Shown here: piece after piece, positions 8,203-18,637 of the stretch | How positions within the stretch are numbered: position 1 is the first letter of the stretch | Layout of the letters: each line of letters begins with the position of its first letter | Origin: Patescibacteria group bacterium | Lineage (GTDB): Bacteria; Patescibacteriota; Patescibacteriia; JBDRGY01 | Reading direction: 5' to 3' | Length of the DNA: 64,000 bases | Assembly: GCA_043817315.1 (NCBI GenBank) | Contig: JBDRGY010000016.1 | Location: forward strand, 4,863-68,862 | Program-made: the position numbers and the translations under genes | The notes under the pieces: model-generated | What the model was told of the DNA's origin: nothing | What the model saw: only the letters and a program-made list of their open reading frames with translations | Databases searched by the model: none

Positions 8203-11200
8203 TTATTTTTGCAAATAGATGTCAAGGCTGTTTAACTTCTTGGTGTCTTTGGGCACCTCCAGGCACAATTGAAACAGTTGGTAACCCGGATCCTCCACGT
8301 GCACCTGATACTTCGCCTCATTAATGTTGAAAAAGAAAAATCCAACTTCATTGGTATTGATAGCCCGCTTAACCTTTTGCCCCTCATGGTTAAGGATTAT
8401 GACGTTAGCTCTATCGCGAGGCAATTTTGTCTGGCCGTCTAGGACTATACCCCAATACTTCTTCTTTAGTATCCGGTGTAAGGCCAAACCAACAACAATA
8501 GCTGCCTGCAGTAGTAAGATTAATAGGGCAGATGTTTTGGGCCAAATTGTGAGATAAAGGAAATTAAGGATGAAGTTAACAATAAGAACGATTAAGGCGG
8601 TGTGATACAGTTTTTTGTTTAATCTTTCGATGCCAGGATTTATTTGGCTAATGGGAACATTGATAAAAGGCTGTTTCTCTTTTACTTCTACCACGGCTCC
8701 AATATTACTATGAGGGTATCCTTTTTGAGGAAATCTTTTGACGTAAGCTGAGGGAAAATAGTAGCCAAATTTCCTGGCGGCTAAACCGTAAGTACCTGAT
8801 ATCAAATTGAATCCGTATTTACCTTCAGAGTCGGTAACCGTCTTTTTGACCTCTCCAGTAAGAGTATTGGTAATTTTTACTAAAACTCTGCCCAAGGGCC
8901 GTTTAGTCTGATCGTCATAGACGACACCCCAATAGTTTTTCTTTTCTTTCTTTATTAAGGCTAAAATCCAAAGCCAAAGCCAGAATAACCAAAAAGGAAT
9001 ATCCAGCCAGGTTAATAGACTATTGAATAATAATCCTATTCCCACCAGCAGAAGGAGTATTAATAAGATCAGCCCACTGGTTTCTACTATTCTGGGAAGG
9101 GCATCGTTTATCCTAGAAATCAACTCTTTGAGAAAATTGGGAATTTCCCTGATTGTTCTTTTGGTCTTGTCTATTAACGGTAATTCCGGGTCAGACCAAA
9201 TTTCCTTTATTTTTTCTACGGCCGTCGGTGGTACCGGAACTTCTACCACAAAATTAATTTCATCTGACCACCTACTCGTCACTCCTCGCTCATCAACTGC
9301 CCTGGCAATCACCTTATACTGACCATTTTTTAGCGGCTCCGGTAAATCAATTTGCCAGTTTCCCTTGCTGTCCGACTCTGTTATTAAATCATAGATAATT
9401 TGATCATCCTGAATAATCCTGACACTAATGGTTGCATTGGGAACAGCGATACCCTTTATGGTTATCAGGGGGGTGTCAAAAATCTGTCCGTCATAGGCTG
9501 GCTGAGTAATGGTTGGAGGTGGAATTTCGTATGATTTCTCTGTAATCTCAAAAGTTGTAGCCACCCCACTAATCATATTAGGGGCAGCAGCCGTAACACT
9601 ATAAGTGCCAGTTACGTCAGTCGCCTCTTCTGACAAAGTAGCATCAGCTATACCAAATTGATTTGTGGTTCCCGACAAGGTAATAACTCTTCCGGTGGGC
9701 TTGACGACGTAAAAAGAAACGGTAACACCTGAAACTTTATTGCCGTAACTATCAGTAACTGCCGTTGAAGTAATGGTAATGTTATCTCCGATCAGACCGT
9801 CATGGCCAGAGGCCGTAATTGTGCCAAGTTGGATTCCGGCTACCACGTCGATTTCGGTTTGGCTGCCAAAAATCGTGGGGTCATCTACATCAAGAGCTGT
9901 GACTGAACAAACGCCGACTGAATAGAAAATTACACTGCTTAAAAAGGTATGACTGCCAGAATCAGCTGCGGTAAAGGTGTAGTGTCCTGGCAAGATGGAG
10001 TTACTGCAATCTGAGCTAAAAGAAATTGTCCCGGTATAATCAGTTACGACATTGTTAGCAACATCCAAGGCAACTACTGTTACCTGACTGGCTTGCCCGG
10101 TTGTAATCGGGTCGAGGATGTCTTTTACTTCAAAGTGTGTGATCCCGGGCACTGGAGGTGGAGGGGGCGAAGGGGGCGGAGGTACAACCGGTACGGTAAT
10201 ATCAAAGGTGGTAGCCGTCCCTGTTGTTAAATTATCGGCCACCGCGGTTACACTATAAGCTCCCCCTAAATTTGTATCGGTACCGGCTAAAGTGGCACTG
10301 GCTATTCCAGAACTAGCAGTAGTGCCGGTTAAAGTAACGATGGACCCATCCGGCTTTGCGATATTAAATGTCACTGTTAGTCCGGCTACCCGGTTGCCAA
10401 AAGAGTCCGTTACCACTGAAGAAGTAATGGTGATGCTATCTCCAACCTGACCATCATGGCCGGAGGCGGTAATAGTGCCAGACTGATAGCCGGCAATTAC
10501 ATCGATATCAATTTGACTACCGCTAATCGAGGGGTGGGTTACGTCCGCGGCAGTAACAGCACAGACTCCTGCCCTTAAAAAGGCCACACTGTCAGAGAAA
10601 GTGTGAATCCCGGAATCTGAAGAGGTAAAAGTATAATTGGCGGGTAAGAAATTATTGGAACAATCTGAAGAAAAAGAAATGGTACCGGTGTAGTTGGTTA
10701 CCACCTGGTTATTGCTATCTAAAGCCGTAACGATCACCTGGCTAAAGGCTCCGGCTTCAATAGGATCAGTAATTCCTTCCACCTTTAAGTGAGTGGCCAC
10801 GGGCGGACCGACCAGAGAAGTTATCTCAAAAGTAGTGGCAGCTCCGGTAGTCATGTTGGACGCCGCAGCCGTAACTGCGTAAGTTCCAGCACTACTGGTC
10901 TGGGCTCCTGGTAAAGTTGCTGTAGCAATTCCCGAACTATTAGTGATACCCGTTAGAGTAGCCACTGTGCTATCTGGCTTGGTAATACTAAAAGTAACAG
11001 TAACGCCGGATACAAGATTGTTGTAAGCGTCTTTGACTACCGATGAAGTGATGGTAATATCGTCCCCCACCTGGCCGTCATGACCGGAAGCGGTAATGGT
11101 GCCGGTTTGCTGACCCGCTACCACATCAATATTAGTTTGACTTCCGGTAATTGAAGCGTGGGTGACATCAGTGGCCGTTACCGCACAAACGCTAACCGTA

Positions 11201-12177
11201 TTAAAAGAAACTGCACTGGCAAATGTCTTAGCTCCAGAATCAGCCCCTAGAAAAGTATAATTACTTGGTAGCGTTGCCCCGGCACAATCAGAAGAAAAAG
11301 TGACGGTGCCGGTATAGGCGGTGGCCACGTTATTAAAATTATCCAGGGCAATAACTTCTACATTACTAGTTTGGCCAGCTGTGATCGGGTCGGTAACCCC
11401 GCTGACCTGCAGGTGAGTAGCTGCCCCCGGATTGAGGGTTAAGTCAATTGTTTCCGAAACCGAGCCGCTTAATGCCTTAATGGTTACTGTTCCGCTGACT
11501 GTGCCGGCAGTATAGATTATCTGAGCCTGGCCCGAAGTGGTTGTAGCTGTGCCAGACGATAAAGAACCAGTGCCCGTTTCGATAGAAAAAGTAACTGTAG
11601 TCCCGTCAGCCACTGTATTCCCAAACTGATCGGTTAAAGTGGCAGTAATGGTAGAGGTGTCACTGCCATTAGCAGTCATGCTCAGAGCGCTGGCTGCCAA
11701 ACTAATATTGGCAACTGGACCAGGCAGAACAGTAATGTTGGCCTGGGAGGCGGTAACTCCCGGATTACCTACTTCGGTGACTGTCACCGTCTGTTCGCCA
11801 ACTGTAATTAACCGAACACTATTTATAAATGTGTGGCTGCCACAATCAGTGACCCTGACAAAAGTATAATCCCCTGGCAGCACAACCTGGGCATGGGGAT
11901 CCGTGGTGGTAAAATGAACTGTTTCTTCATAGGGACAGTGTAAGCCCCCTCCGGAGATAATAGCTTCTACCAGTACATTACTGTACTGGCCGGCTGTAAT
12001 CGGGTCGGTAATCCCTGATATTTCTAAATGGTCAAATACGCCAACGATAGACTGATAAAGTTGCGTTTGAGAGCCCTGAATTTTTTCATCCAACTGAAAA
12101 AGTTCCTCGTCTACTAAAAGAGGAACTGATCCTATGAGTAAAGCTAATAATAAAGCTATAAGATGTCGTTTGGACAT
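8203..12177 (-). CDS. Large surface protein with repeated Ig-like (Big_1/invasin-like) domains, TM anchor and carboxypeptidase-regulatory-like C-terminal domains
   Basis: Signal/anchor sequence, Thr-rich repeats (HLxVxGITDPITAG..YTGTVTFSSDC..LPxNYTF x3-4), Pro-rich linker, WGVVYD repeats. Confidence 0.8.
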   Translation of the reverse strand: MSKRHLIALLLALLIGSVPLLVDEELFQLDEKIQGSQTQLYQSIVGVFDHLEISGITDPITAGQYSNVLVEAIISGGGLHCPYEETVHFTTTDPHAQVVLPGDYTFVRVTDCGSHTFINSVRLITVGEQTVTVTEVGNPGVTASQANITVLPGPVANISLAASALSMTANGSDTSTITATLTDQFGNTVADGTTVTFSIETGTGSLSSGTATTTSGQAQIIYTAGTVSGTVTIKALSGSVSETIDLTLNPGAATHLQVSGVTDPITAGQTSNVEVIALDNFNNVATAYTGTVTFSSDCAGATLPSNYTFLGADSGAKTFASAVSFNTVSVCAVTATDVTHASITGSQTNIDVVAGQQTGTITASGHDGQVGDDITITSSVVKDAYNNLVSGVTVTFSITKPDSTVATLTGITNSSGIATATLPGAQTSSAGTYAVTAAASNMTTGAATTFEITSLVGPPVATHLKVEGITDPIEAGAFSQVIVTALDSNNQVVTNYTGTISFSSDCSNNFLPANYTFTSSDSGIHTFSDSVAFLRAGVCAVTAADVTHPSISGSQIDIDVIAGYQSGTITASGHDGQVGDSITITSSVVTDSFGNRVAGLTVTFNIAKPDGSIVTLTGTTASSGIASATLAGTDTNLGGAYSVTAVADNLTTGTATTFDITVPVVPPPPSPPPPPVPGITHFEVKDILDPITTGQASQVTVVALDVANNVVTDYTGTISFSSDCSNSILPGHYTFTAADSGSHTFLSSVIFYSVGVCSVTALDVDDPTIFGSQTEIDVVAGIQLGTITASGHDGLIGDNITITSTAVTDSYGNKVSGVTVSFYVVKPTGRVITLSGTTNQFGIADATLSEEATDVTGTYSVTAAAPNMISGVATTFEITEKSYEIPPPTITQPAYDGQIFDTPLITIKGIAVPNATISVRIIQDDQIIYDLITESDSKGNWQIDLPEPLKNGQYKVIARAVDERGVTSRWSDEINFVVEVPVPPTAVEKIKEIWSDPELPLIDKTKRTIREIPNFLKELISRINDALPRIVETSGLILLILLLLVGIGLLFNSLLTWLDIPFWLFWLWLWILALIKKEKKNYWGVVYDDQTKRPLGRVLVKITNTLTGEVKKTVTDSEGKYGFNLISGTYGLAARKFGYYFPSAYVKRFPQKGYPHSNIGAVVEVKEKQPFINVPISQINPGIERLNKKLYHTALIVLIVNFILNFLYLTIWPKTSALLILLLQAAIVVGLALHRILKKKYWGIVLDGQTKLPRDRANVIILNHEGQKVKRAINTNEVGFFFFNINEAKYQVHVEDPGYQLFQLCLEVPKDTKKLNSLDIYLQK

Positions 12178-12240
12178 TTGGGCCTTTTTATGTTTTTATT
12201 TTGGTTTCTGTGCTTATTATACCAGATTTTTGGGAAAAAA

Positions 12241-14406
12241 TCAATTCCTACGGTATATTCTCAAACTATTGGAGATAACCGTCACGTCAGAGAACCCCAT
12301 GGCCAAGGCCGCCACCATCGGATTGACAAAGCCTAAAATGGCCAGGGGAATGGCTAAGACATTATAGAAGAAGGCCCAGAAAAGATTTTGTTTGATAATC
12401 TTAAAAGTTTTTTGAGATAACTTTATGGCTTCTGCAATTTTTATGGGATTACTTTGCATTAGTATAATGTTCCCTGATTCTTTGGCAATGTCGGTCCCCT
12501 TGCCCATGGCAATGCCTAAGTCAGCTTGGACCAAGGAAGGGGCGTCGTTAATGCCATCGCCGGCAAAGACTACTTTTTCTCCCTCTTCTTGTAATTGCTT
12601 TACTTTCTGAGATTTCTGATCTGGTAAAACCTCAGCCAAAACATTTCTTATGCCTAACTTCTTGGCTACCGATTGAGCCGTATTTTTATTATCTCCGGTT
12701 ATCATAATTTCTTTCAATCCCATCTTCTTTATCTCCGCAATGGTATGAGCTGCTGTTCCTCGGACAGTATCGGCCAGGGCGATTAATCCGATTACTTTTC
12801 CCTCCAAAACCACAAAAACAGCGGTGTTACCTTCTTTCTCCAGAATCGTTTTCCGATTTATAACTTCTTGGTTTAATTCAATAGTATTCTCCTGCAACAA
12901 ATTTTTTGTGCCGATTATCATTTTCTTATTATCAACGTGACCGATCACCCCTTTGCCACTTATTACCTTAAAATCAGTCACCGGCAATAACTCGATTTTT
13001 TGCTTTTTAGCTTTTTGGTAAATAGCTTGAGCTAAAGGATGTTCTGAGTTTTTTTCTAAAGAAGCGGCTAAACGCAACAATTCTTTGGAATCAAAAGTGT
13101 TGTCTATTGGCGAAATCTTTTTTACTTCAACTTCTCCCTTAGTCAAAGTGCCTGTTTTGTCAAAAACTACAGTCGTTATGTTTTTGGCCCGTTCAAAACT
13201 TTCACCGTCTTTAATCAAAATTCCTGACCTGGCCCCCACACCCGAGCCAACCATTATAGCAATAGGCGTAGCAATGCCCAGGGCACAAGGACAAGCAATA
13301 ATTAAAACAGAAACAGCCGGAATTATTGCCTCGGTAATGTCATTTTTAAAGAAAAACCAACCGACAAAGGTGAGAATGGCAACTGCTATTACGATCGGAA
13401 CAAATATACCAGAAATTTTATCCGCTAATTTCTGTACTGGCGCTTTGTAAGCCTGGGCCTCTTCCACTGTTTTTATTATCTGAGCCAATACAGTGCCCGA
13501 ACCCACTTGGCTGACTTTTATTTTCAAGACTCCGTCCTGATTGATGGTTCCCCCAAATACTTGATCGTCAACAACTTTGGTTACTGGTAAACTTTCTCCG
13601 GTCAACATCGATTCATCAACTCCGGAAGATCCGTCTATTACTATTCCATCCAGCGGAATCTTCTCGCTTGGTTTGATCAACAAAATATTTCCGATATCAA
13701 TCTGATCAACTTCCACTTCTCTTTCCTGACCATTGTTATCAATTAATCTGGCCTTTTTAGCACCCAATTCCATTAATTTTTTCATGGCTAAAGAAGCCTT
13801 GCCCTTGGTTTTTATCTCCATATAGCGGCCCAGCAAGATCAAGGTGGTGATAGTGGCGGCTCCCTCAAAATACTCAGGGTGGCCAGCTATTATTGCCCAA
13901 ACGCTGTAAATAAAGGCAGTTAACGTCCCCAGGGAAATTAGAGTGTCCATGTTGGCCTTGAATCTTTTGAGTTGCTTCAACATTCCCACATGGAATTGCC
14001 AACCAAAAACAAAGACAATGATGCCGGTAACAATCATCAGAATCCAGTCGGTATATTCAATCCCAGCCAGTTGACCAACTATCTCCCACGACCAAAACAT
14101 CCGAATAAATATCGGTATGGTCAGGGCTGCTGATATTAAAACTTTGATTAATTCTTTTCGTTCTTCTTGGTTTTTTGCTGATTTCTCTTCGCTTGGCTCC
14201 TCGACAGTATAGCCCGCATCTTTAATAACCATCTTTAACCCTTCCAGTTTGATTGCTGATTCATCGTATTCAACCATGGCCTTGCCTGTGGCGAAATTAA
14301 CGCTGCTGGTTTTAACACCCCCCGCTTTCTTTAAGGCCTTATCAATACTAACGGCACAAGCCGCACAATGCATATCTTGGATTTTTAATACAGTTTTTTC
14401 TGCCAT
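12241..14406 (-). CDS. copA: Copper-translocating P1B-type ATPase
   Basis: [35 protein letters not shown]. Confidence 0.93.
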   Translation of the reverse strand: MAEKTVLKIQDMHCAACAVSIDKALKKAGGVKTSSVNFATGKAMVEYDESAIKLEGLKMVIKDAGYTVEEPSEEKSAKNQEERKELIKVLISAALTIPIFIRMFWSWEIVGQLAGIEYTDWILMIVTGIIVFVFGWQFHVGMLKQLKRFKANMDTLISLGTLTAFIYSVWAIIAGHPEYFEGAATITTLILLGRYMEIKTKGKASLAMKKLMELGAKKARLIDNNGQEREVEVDQIDIGNILLIKPSEKIPLDGIVIDGSSGVDESMLTGESLPVTKVVDDQVFGGTINQDGVLKIKVSQVGSGTVLAQIIKTVEEAQAYKAPVQKLADKISGIFVPIVIAVAILTFVGWFFFKNDITEAIIPAVSVLIIACPCALGIATPIAIMVGSGVGARSGILIKDGESFERAKNITTVVFDKTGTLTKGEVEVKKISPIDNTFDSKELLRLAASLEKNSEHPLAQAIYQKAKKQKIELLPVTDFKVISGKGVIGHVDNKKMIIGTKNLLQENTIELNQEVINRKTILEKEGNTAVFVVLEGKVIGLIALADTVRGTAAHTIAEIKKMGLKEIMITGDNKNTAQSVAKKLGIRNVLAEVLPDQKSQKVKQLQEEGEKVVFAGDGINDAPSLVQADLGIAMGKGTDIAKESGNIILMQSNPIKIAEAIKLSQKTFKIIKQNLFWAFFYNVLAIPLAILGFVNPMVAALAMGFSDVTVISNSLRIYRRN

Positions 14407-14474
14407 ATGTTTTTAATAAATAAGCACGTTACTGGGAATAAACCAAGGGCTTATTCCCAGCCACCTAATTATTT

Positions 14475-14492
14475 TTAACAACAAGGATCCAT
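14475..14492 (-). CDS. Candidate 5-codon uORF MDPCC
   Basis: AAGGAG SD 8 nt upstream; ATG GAT CCT TGT TGT TAA; followed by a 10-bp stem hairpin at 14432-14460. Confidence 0.4.
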   Translation of the reverse strand: MDPCC

Positions 14493-14526
14493 GTTATTGT
14501 CTCCTTATATTAATTTTTTAACGACC

Positions 14527-15543
14527 TTATTCCTCATTTAGTATGCTGTCGATAAGGGATTGCATCTGGTCATAAGGCAAGGCCCCTGGCACTAATTGAC
14601 CGTTAATTATATTGCCCGGTGTTCCAGAGACCCCCACATTACCTCCTCCTTGAAAATCACCGTCTACCTTGGAGGCATATTTATCCGAATCAACACAATC
14701 ATCGAACTGACTTGTATTAAGGCCCATGTCTTTAGCTGCTTGTTTCAGATATGAAGGAGTAATGCTGGATTGGTTGGCAAACAGCTCGTCAGTGTACTCC
14801 CAGAATTTGTCTTGATCAGCCGCACACTCCGAAGCTTCGGCTGCATCCCTGGCATAAGAATGGAGAGAGTCTAGGGGGAAGTGTTTATAGATCCATCGGA
14901 CATCGTTGGGATAATTGGCCATTACTTGCTTCATAGTATCGTGGAATTTGCTACAGTACGGGCACTGGAAATCTGAATATTCTACGATGGTAACCGGCGC
15001 GTTAAAATCCCCTCTGATATGATCATCTTGGGTAACTTCGACATCAACAACAGTTGGCGAAGGAGTGGGACTGGGTGATGGAGAAGGGACCGGTGTAGGA
15101 TCTGCCACAGCAACATTATCTCCAGCTACCTGTGGCGTACCACTTGCTGAATCGCCCTCGTTTGAGTTCATTCCTAATACCACAAAAAAACCAACAGTCG
15201 AAATTACTGATATACCAATCAATGCCCCAAGGATCATTGCCTTCTTTGGTGAGTCGGTACTTTGTTCTATACCTTCATCACCGTCTGTTGTCTCACTTCT
15301 TCTATCAATTTTTTCTTCCGCTCCTTCCACCTCGTAGTCCCCCGCTTGTTCAACCACTTGATGAATTTCAGATTCTTTAATCTTTTGTTCGTTATAAAAT
15401 ACAGAACCCTTCCCTGAATCATAGTTTACTTTTACTCTGTCAATTCCTGGTTTATTTTTTAATCTTTCCTCGATTAAAAGAGCACAGGAATTGCAGTGCA
15501 TGCCTTGGATTTTGAAAGTTGTTTTTTGCATAGTTTTATTCAT
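14527..15543 (-). CDS. HMA domain fused to a membrane-anchored DsbA/thioredoxin-fold oxidoreductase
   Basis: GMHCNSC, TM helix, SDFQCPYC, HFPL, GTPG. Confidence 0.88.
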   Translation of the reverse strand: MNKTMQKTTFKIQGMHCNSCALLIEERLKNKPGIDRVKVNYDSGKGSVFYNEQKIKESEIHQVVEQAGDYEVEGAEEKIDRRSETTDGDEGIEQSTDSPKKAMILGALIGISVISTVGFFVVLGMNSNEGDSASGTPQVAGDNVAVADPTPVPSPSPSPTPSPTVVDVEVTQDDHIRGDFNAPVTIVEYSDFQCPYCSKFHDTMKQVMANYPNDVRWIYKHFPLDSLHSYARDAAEASECAADQDKFWEYTDELFANQSSITPSYLKQAAKDMGLNTSQFDDCVDSDKYASKVDGDFQGGGNVGVSGTPGNIINGQLVPGALPYDQMQSLIDSILNEE

Positions 15544-15563
15544 TAATCATTTTATTAATTAAA

Positions 15564-17069
15564 TTATTTTTGTTTAACCCTTGCACAACCACACCCTCCT
15601 TGCTGAGCAGCGGCACAATCTCCTCCACACGAACCATCTCCTGAGCAACCCGAGCCGGCTGGCAGATCAACTGCCTCCAGCTCCAAATCTCCTTGGGACG
15701 GTTTAGCGTCATTTTCTGTTACCACGAATTTCCCCCAAACCATCTGCATCCAGCAGCTGAACTTGAGATCTCCTAATTCATCGGGTGTAAATTCAATGAC
15801 ATTTTCTCCATACTCTAGTGGTTTTCTAATGTTATATGTCGGCATGATAATTTCATCTGTACAACCACTCATCTGTTTCACATCAATAATCCAGCGAACC
15901 GGTATATCTTTCTTTACATACATTACATTCGGCGAATACCCCCGGTAAGTCAGCTCCATTTTGGCCACTTGATATTCTTCCACGTCTCCGGTTATTAAAT
16001 ATTCGGTTTGGCTAACTTCTTCCTGCGAAACAAAACCTCTAAAACCGTAGCCGAAATTGATCATGCCTCTGTTCAACATAAATAGTCCTAAAATTATTAC
16101 TATCGCTCCAGATATTTTCATCACTTGTTTAATCCGCTGCCGGCTAATCAGTGAAATGAAAGCACCAAACCCGAACATCAAAGGGACAGTGCCCAGGGCA
16201 TAAACCCCCATCGACAAAGCTCCTCTGGTGATACTGCCAGAAGCTAAAGCGTATATCTGCATGGCCTGTAAAGGTCCGCAGGGCATAAAACCATTTAGCA
16301 ACCCGATAATGAATGGCCCTTTGGGCTTTTTGGTGTGTCGCTGTTTAAAAAGAAAACGTGCAATAAACGAAGGGGTTTTTAGTTTTAGTTTCTGCAGCCA
16401 TCGAAACTCAGTGACCAGAGACAAGCCCATTAATACCATAAAACCGCCAGCCACTAAGGTAACCGTTCCAGTAAAAGTGGGATTGATCGCGAAAAACGAC
16501 CCAAAGCCACCTAAGATACCTCCAATTACGCTATATGAAATGAGCCGCCCTAGATTATACTGCCAGTGAGGTAGAGACGATTTTACTTTATGGTCTTTGT
16601 TGTCAGCTTGATGTTTGGCAGTATAAGTAACCACCAAACCTCCACACATGCCTACACAATGAAAACTGACCAAAAGACCAATCACAAATATTAACCAATA
16701 ACCGATTCTTTCTTCGTTTAATTTGGAAAGAATTTCTAAAACGCCGAATTGTTTTATTAAATAATAGCCTAAGACAAAAACAATTAATAAGATCCCGGCA
16801 ATAATGAATCTTTTGGGAATGTTTAATTTTTTTCGTGGCCCTGTTCTGCCTACGATTTTATCCTTTACTTGATAATCAAGTTTACTGATTGCCTCAAAAA
16901 TTTTCTTTTTGGAAATTTTCTGATCATCGTACTCTATCAGACATGCTCCTGTTTGATGGTTGACTTCAATATCCTTTACACCTCCTAAAACATCTACTTC
17001 TGTTTCAATTAAGGTTTTGCAACCTTTGCAGTAAGTTCCCTCTATTTGGATGTTTATTTTTTTTAGCAT
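15564..17069 (-). CDS. HMA + DsbD_2/TauE-like membrane domain + cupredoxin-like domain protein
   Basis: GTYCKGC, HCVGMCGG, YNLGR, GFMPCG, FSCWMQM, Cys-rich tail. Confidence 0.88.
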   Translation of the reverse strand: MLKKINIQIEGTYCKGCKTLIETEVDVLGGVKDIEVNHQTGACLIEYDDQKISKKKIFEAISKLDYQVKDKIVGRTGPRKKLNIPKRFIIAGILLIVFVLGYYLIKQFGVLEILSKLNEERIGYWLIFVIGLLVSFHCVGMCGGLVVTYTAKHQADNKDHKVKSSLPHWQYNLGRLISYSVIGGILGGFGSFFAINPTFTGTVTLVAGGFMVLMGLSLVTEFRWLQKLKLKTPSFIARFLFKQRHTKKPKGPFIIGLLNGFMPCGPLQAMQIYALASGSITRGALSMGVYALGTVPLMFGFGAFISLISRQRIKQVMKISGAIVIILGLFMLNRGMINFGYGFRGFVSQEEVSQTEYLITGDVEEYQVAKMELTYRGYSPNVMYVKKDIPVRWIIDVKQMSGCTDEIIMPTYNIRKPLEYGENVIEFTPDELGDLKFSCWMQMVWGKFVVTENDAKPSQGDLELEAVDLPAGSGCSGDGSCGGDCAAAQQGGCGCARVKQK

Positions 17070-17077
17070 GGTATTGA

Positions 17078-17893
17078 TTAAAAAAGTTCAGCCACTTGTT
17101 CTATATCTGATTGGTCAATGGCTAGCTTGCCGTTTACAACTTGCAAATTGGGATTTATCGGCCCGGGGTTGCAGCCACCTTTTTCTGATGCAATTTTGGT
17201 TAACGGATATTGATTCCCACACGTTTTGCAAATCATATTATCTCCCTGTTGGTAAAAACCCATTCGTGTATCAAAACAAACCTGGCAAGCATTGGCAGCT
17301 GCCCGATAAATTCCATTTTTATCTTTGACTACAAAAAAGTAAACGATTTTTTCACTAGGCATCTCTACATTATAAAAGTGGGCTTTTCCGTCATCAAGCG
17401 TGCTGGCTGTCACACTTACTTGTTTATTTTCCAGAGTAACTTTCTCTCCCTGCTCCCCTGTAAAATCAGGCTGGGTGGCTTGGCTTCCTTTTACGTTATT
17501 AACATTTTGAGCGGCTGATGATTTACTTTGATTGGAATCTCCTTGTCCGGAACTGAATAGCCAATAACCCGAAACTAGAACAACCAATGTCACTCCGGCA
17601 ATAATCAATCTTTTGGGTGTAAACATTTGTTTTTTTTGCTTGGCTTCATTTTGTTTTTTTTGTTCAGGCTTGTTCACGGGTTTCCCTTTGACTCGATAAT
17701 CGAGTTTATTGATTTCTTCAAAAATCTTCTTTTTAGAAATTTTCTGATCATCAAATTCTGCCCAAGCTTCTCCTGTCCCAGAATCAACCTCGATGTTATT
17801 TACTCCTTCCAGTACATTTATCTCGGTTTCTATCTTGGTTTTACATTTTTGGCAATGAGTTCCTTCTATTTGAATATTTATTGTTTTAAGCAT
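17078..17893 (-). CDS. HMA domain fused to a DUF2318-type Cys-rich extracytoplasmic domain
   Basis: GTHCQKC, TM, ACQVC..CKTCG..GGCNP. Confidence 0.8.
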   Translation of the reverse strand: MLKTINIQIEGTHCQKCKTKIETEINVLEGVNNIEVDSGTGEAWAEFDDQKISKKKIFEEINKLDYRVKGKPVNKPEQKKQNEAKQKKQMFTPKRLIIAGVTLVVLVSGYWLFSSGQGDSNQSKSSAAQNVNNVKGSQATQPDFTGEQGEKVTLENKQVSVTASTLDDGKAHFYNVEMPSEKIVYFFVVKDKNGIYRAAANACQVCFDTRMGFYQQGDNMICKTCGNQYPLTKIASEKGGCNPGPINPNLQVVNGKLAIDQSDIEQVAELF

Positions 17894-17899
17894 ATATTT

Positions 17900-18265
17900 T
17901 TACTCACACTTATTACTTGTAAATTCGCAAGATGAGCCAGTGTCTCTAATTAAACCACTTTGACACTGCGGACATGGCTTCTCTCCCCTAGCGATGAATT
18001 GATCACAGGCACAGGTGCCTGCCTGATGATTATTCCATTGGTTGGCTTCCATGAAACACATAGTACAGGGAGGATTAATACAGCATCCATAATCTCCAGC
18101 TGCTACCGCCTTGCTTATAGCTAAGTCTCTTTCTTCGATTATCCTACTTAACATTTCGCCTGGGCCCAAGTTTTCAAAAGCAGGATTCATAATTGTTAAA
18201 ATTAGAAATCCAATTACTCCCCCTATTAGAAACATCGTCAACCAGGTAAGAATTTTCTTAGTCAT
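17900..18265 (-). CDS. Cys-rich membrane-anchored protein
   Basis: CC..PCTMC..CAC..PCPQC, inside the copper operon. Confidence 0.75.
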   Translation of the reverse strand: MTKKILTWLTMFLIGGVIGFLILTIMNPAFENLGPGEMLSRIIEERDLAISKAVAAGDYGCCINPPCTMCFMEANQWNNHQAGTCACDQFIARGEKPCPQCQSGLIRDTGSSCEFTSNKCE

Positions 18266-18267
18266 GA

Positions 18268-18546
18268 TTACTTATTAAATAATTTGGTGACGGTTAAAAT
18301 TTCTTTAACCATCTCCTGTTTTCTTTTCTCGTTGGTTGTGCCCATAGCTTTTTTGAAGCAAGTATCGAGATGGTTTTCCATCAACATTTGATGGGCTGAT
18401 TTTAATAGCCCAATAACCGCTAAGTTTTGTTGCATAATGTCTATGCAATATTCATTGTCCTCAAGCATCTGGACAATTTTTGCGATGTGGCTCTGGGCTT
18501 TTTTAAAATTGATCAACGATTTCTCTTTGTGTTTGGTCATAGTCAT
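18268..18546 (-). CDS. csoR: CsoR/RcnR family metal-sensing repressor
   Basis: YCIDIMQQ and ENHLDTC (C-H-C ligand pattern). Confidence 0.88.
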   Translation of the reverse strand: MTMTKHKEKSLINFKKAQSHIAKIVQMLEDNEYCIDIMQQNLAVIGLLKSAHQMLMENHLDTCFKKAMGTTNEKRKQEMVKEILTVTKLFNK

Positions 18547-18560
18547 AAAATCAATGCTTA

Positions 18561-18585
18561 ATACCTATACCATAGGTATAGGTAT
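18561..18585. promoter_or_regulatory. Probable CsoR operator
   Basis: Perfect 11-bp inverted repeat ATACCTATACC-ATA-GGTATAGGTAT just upstream of csoR, at the promoter. Confidence 0.75.
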
Positions 18586-18637
18586 AATAATACAAACAAA
18601 AAATAAGTCAATTAAGACTTATCAACAGTCCCCATTA

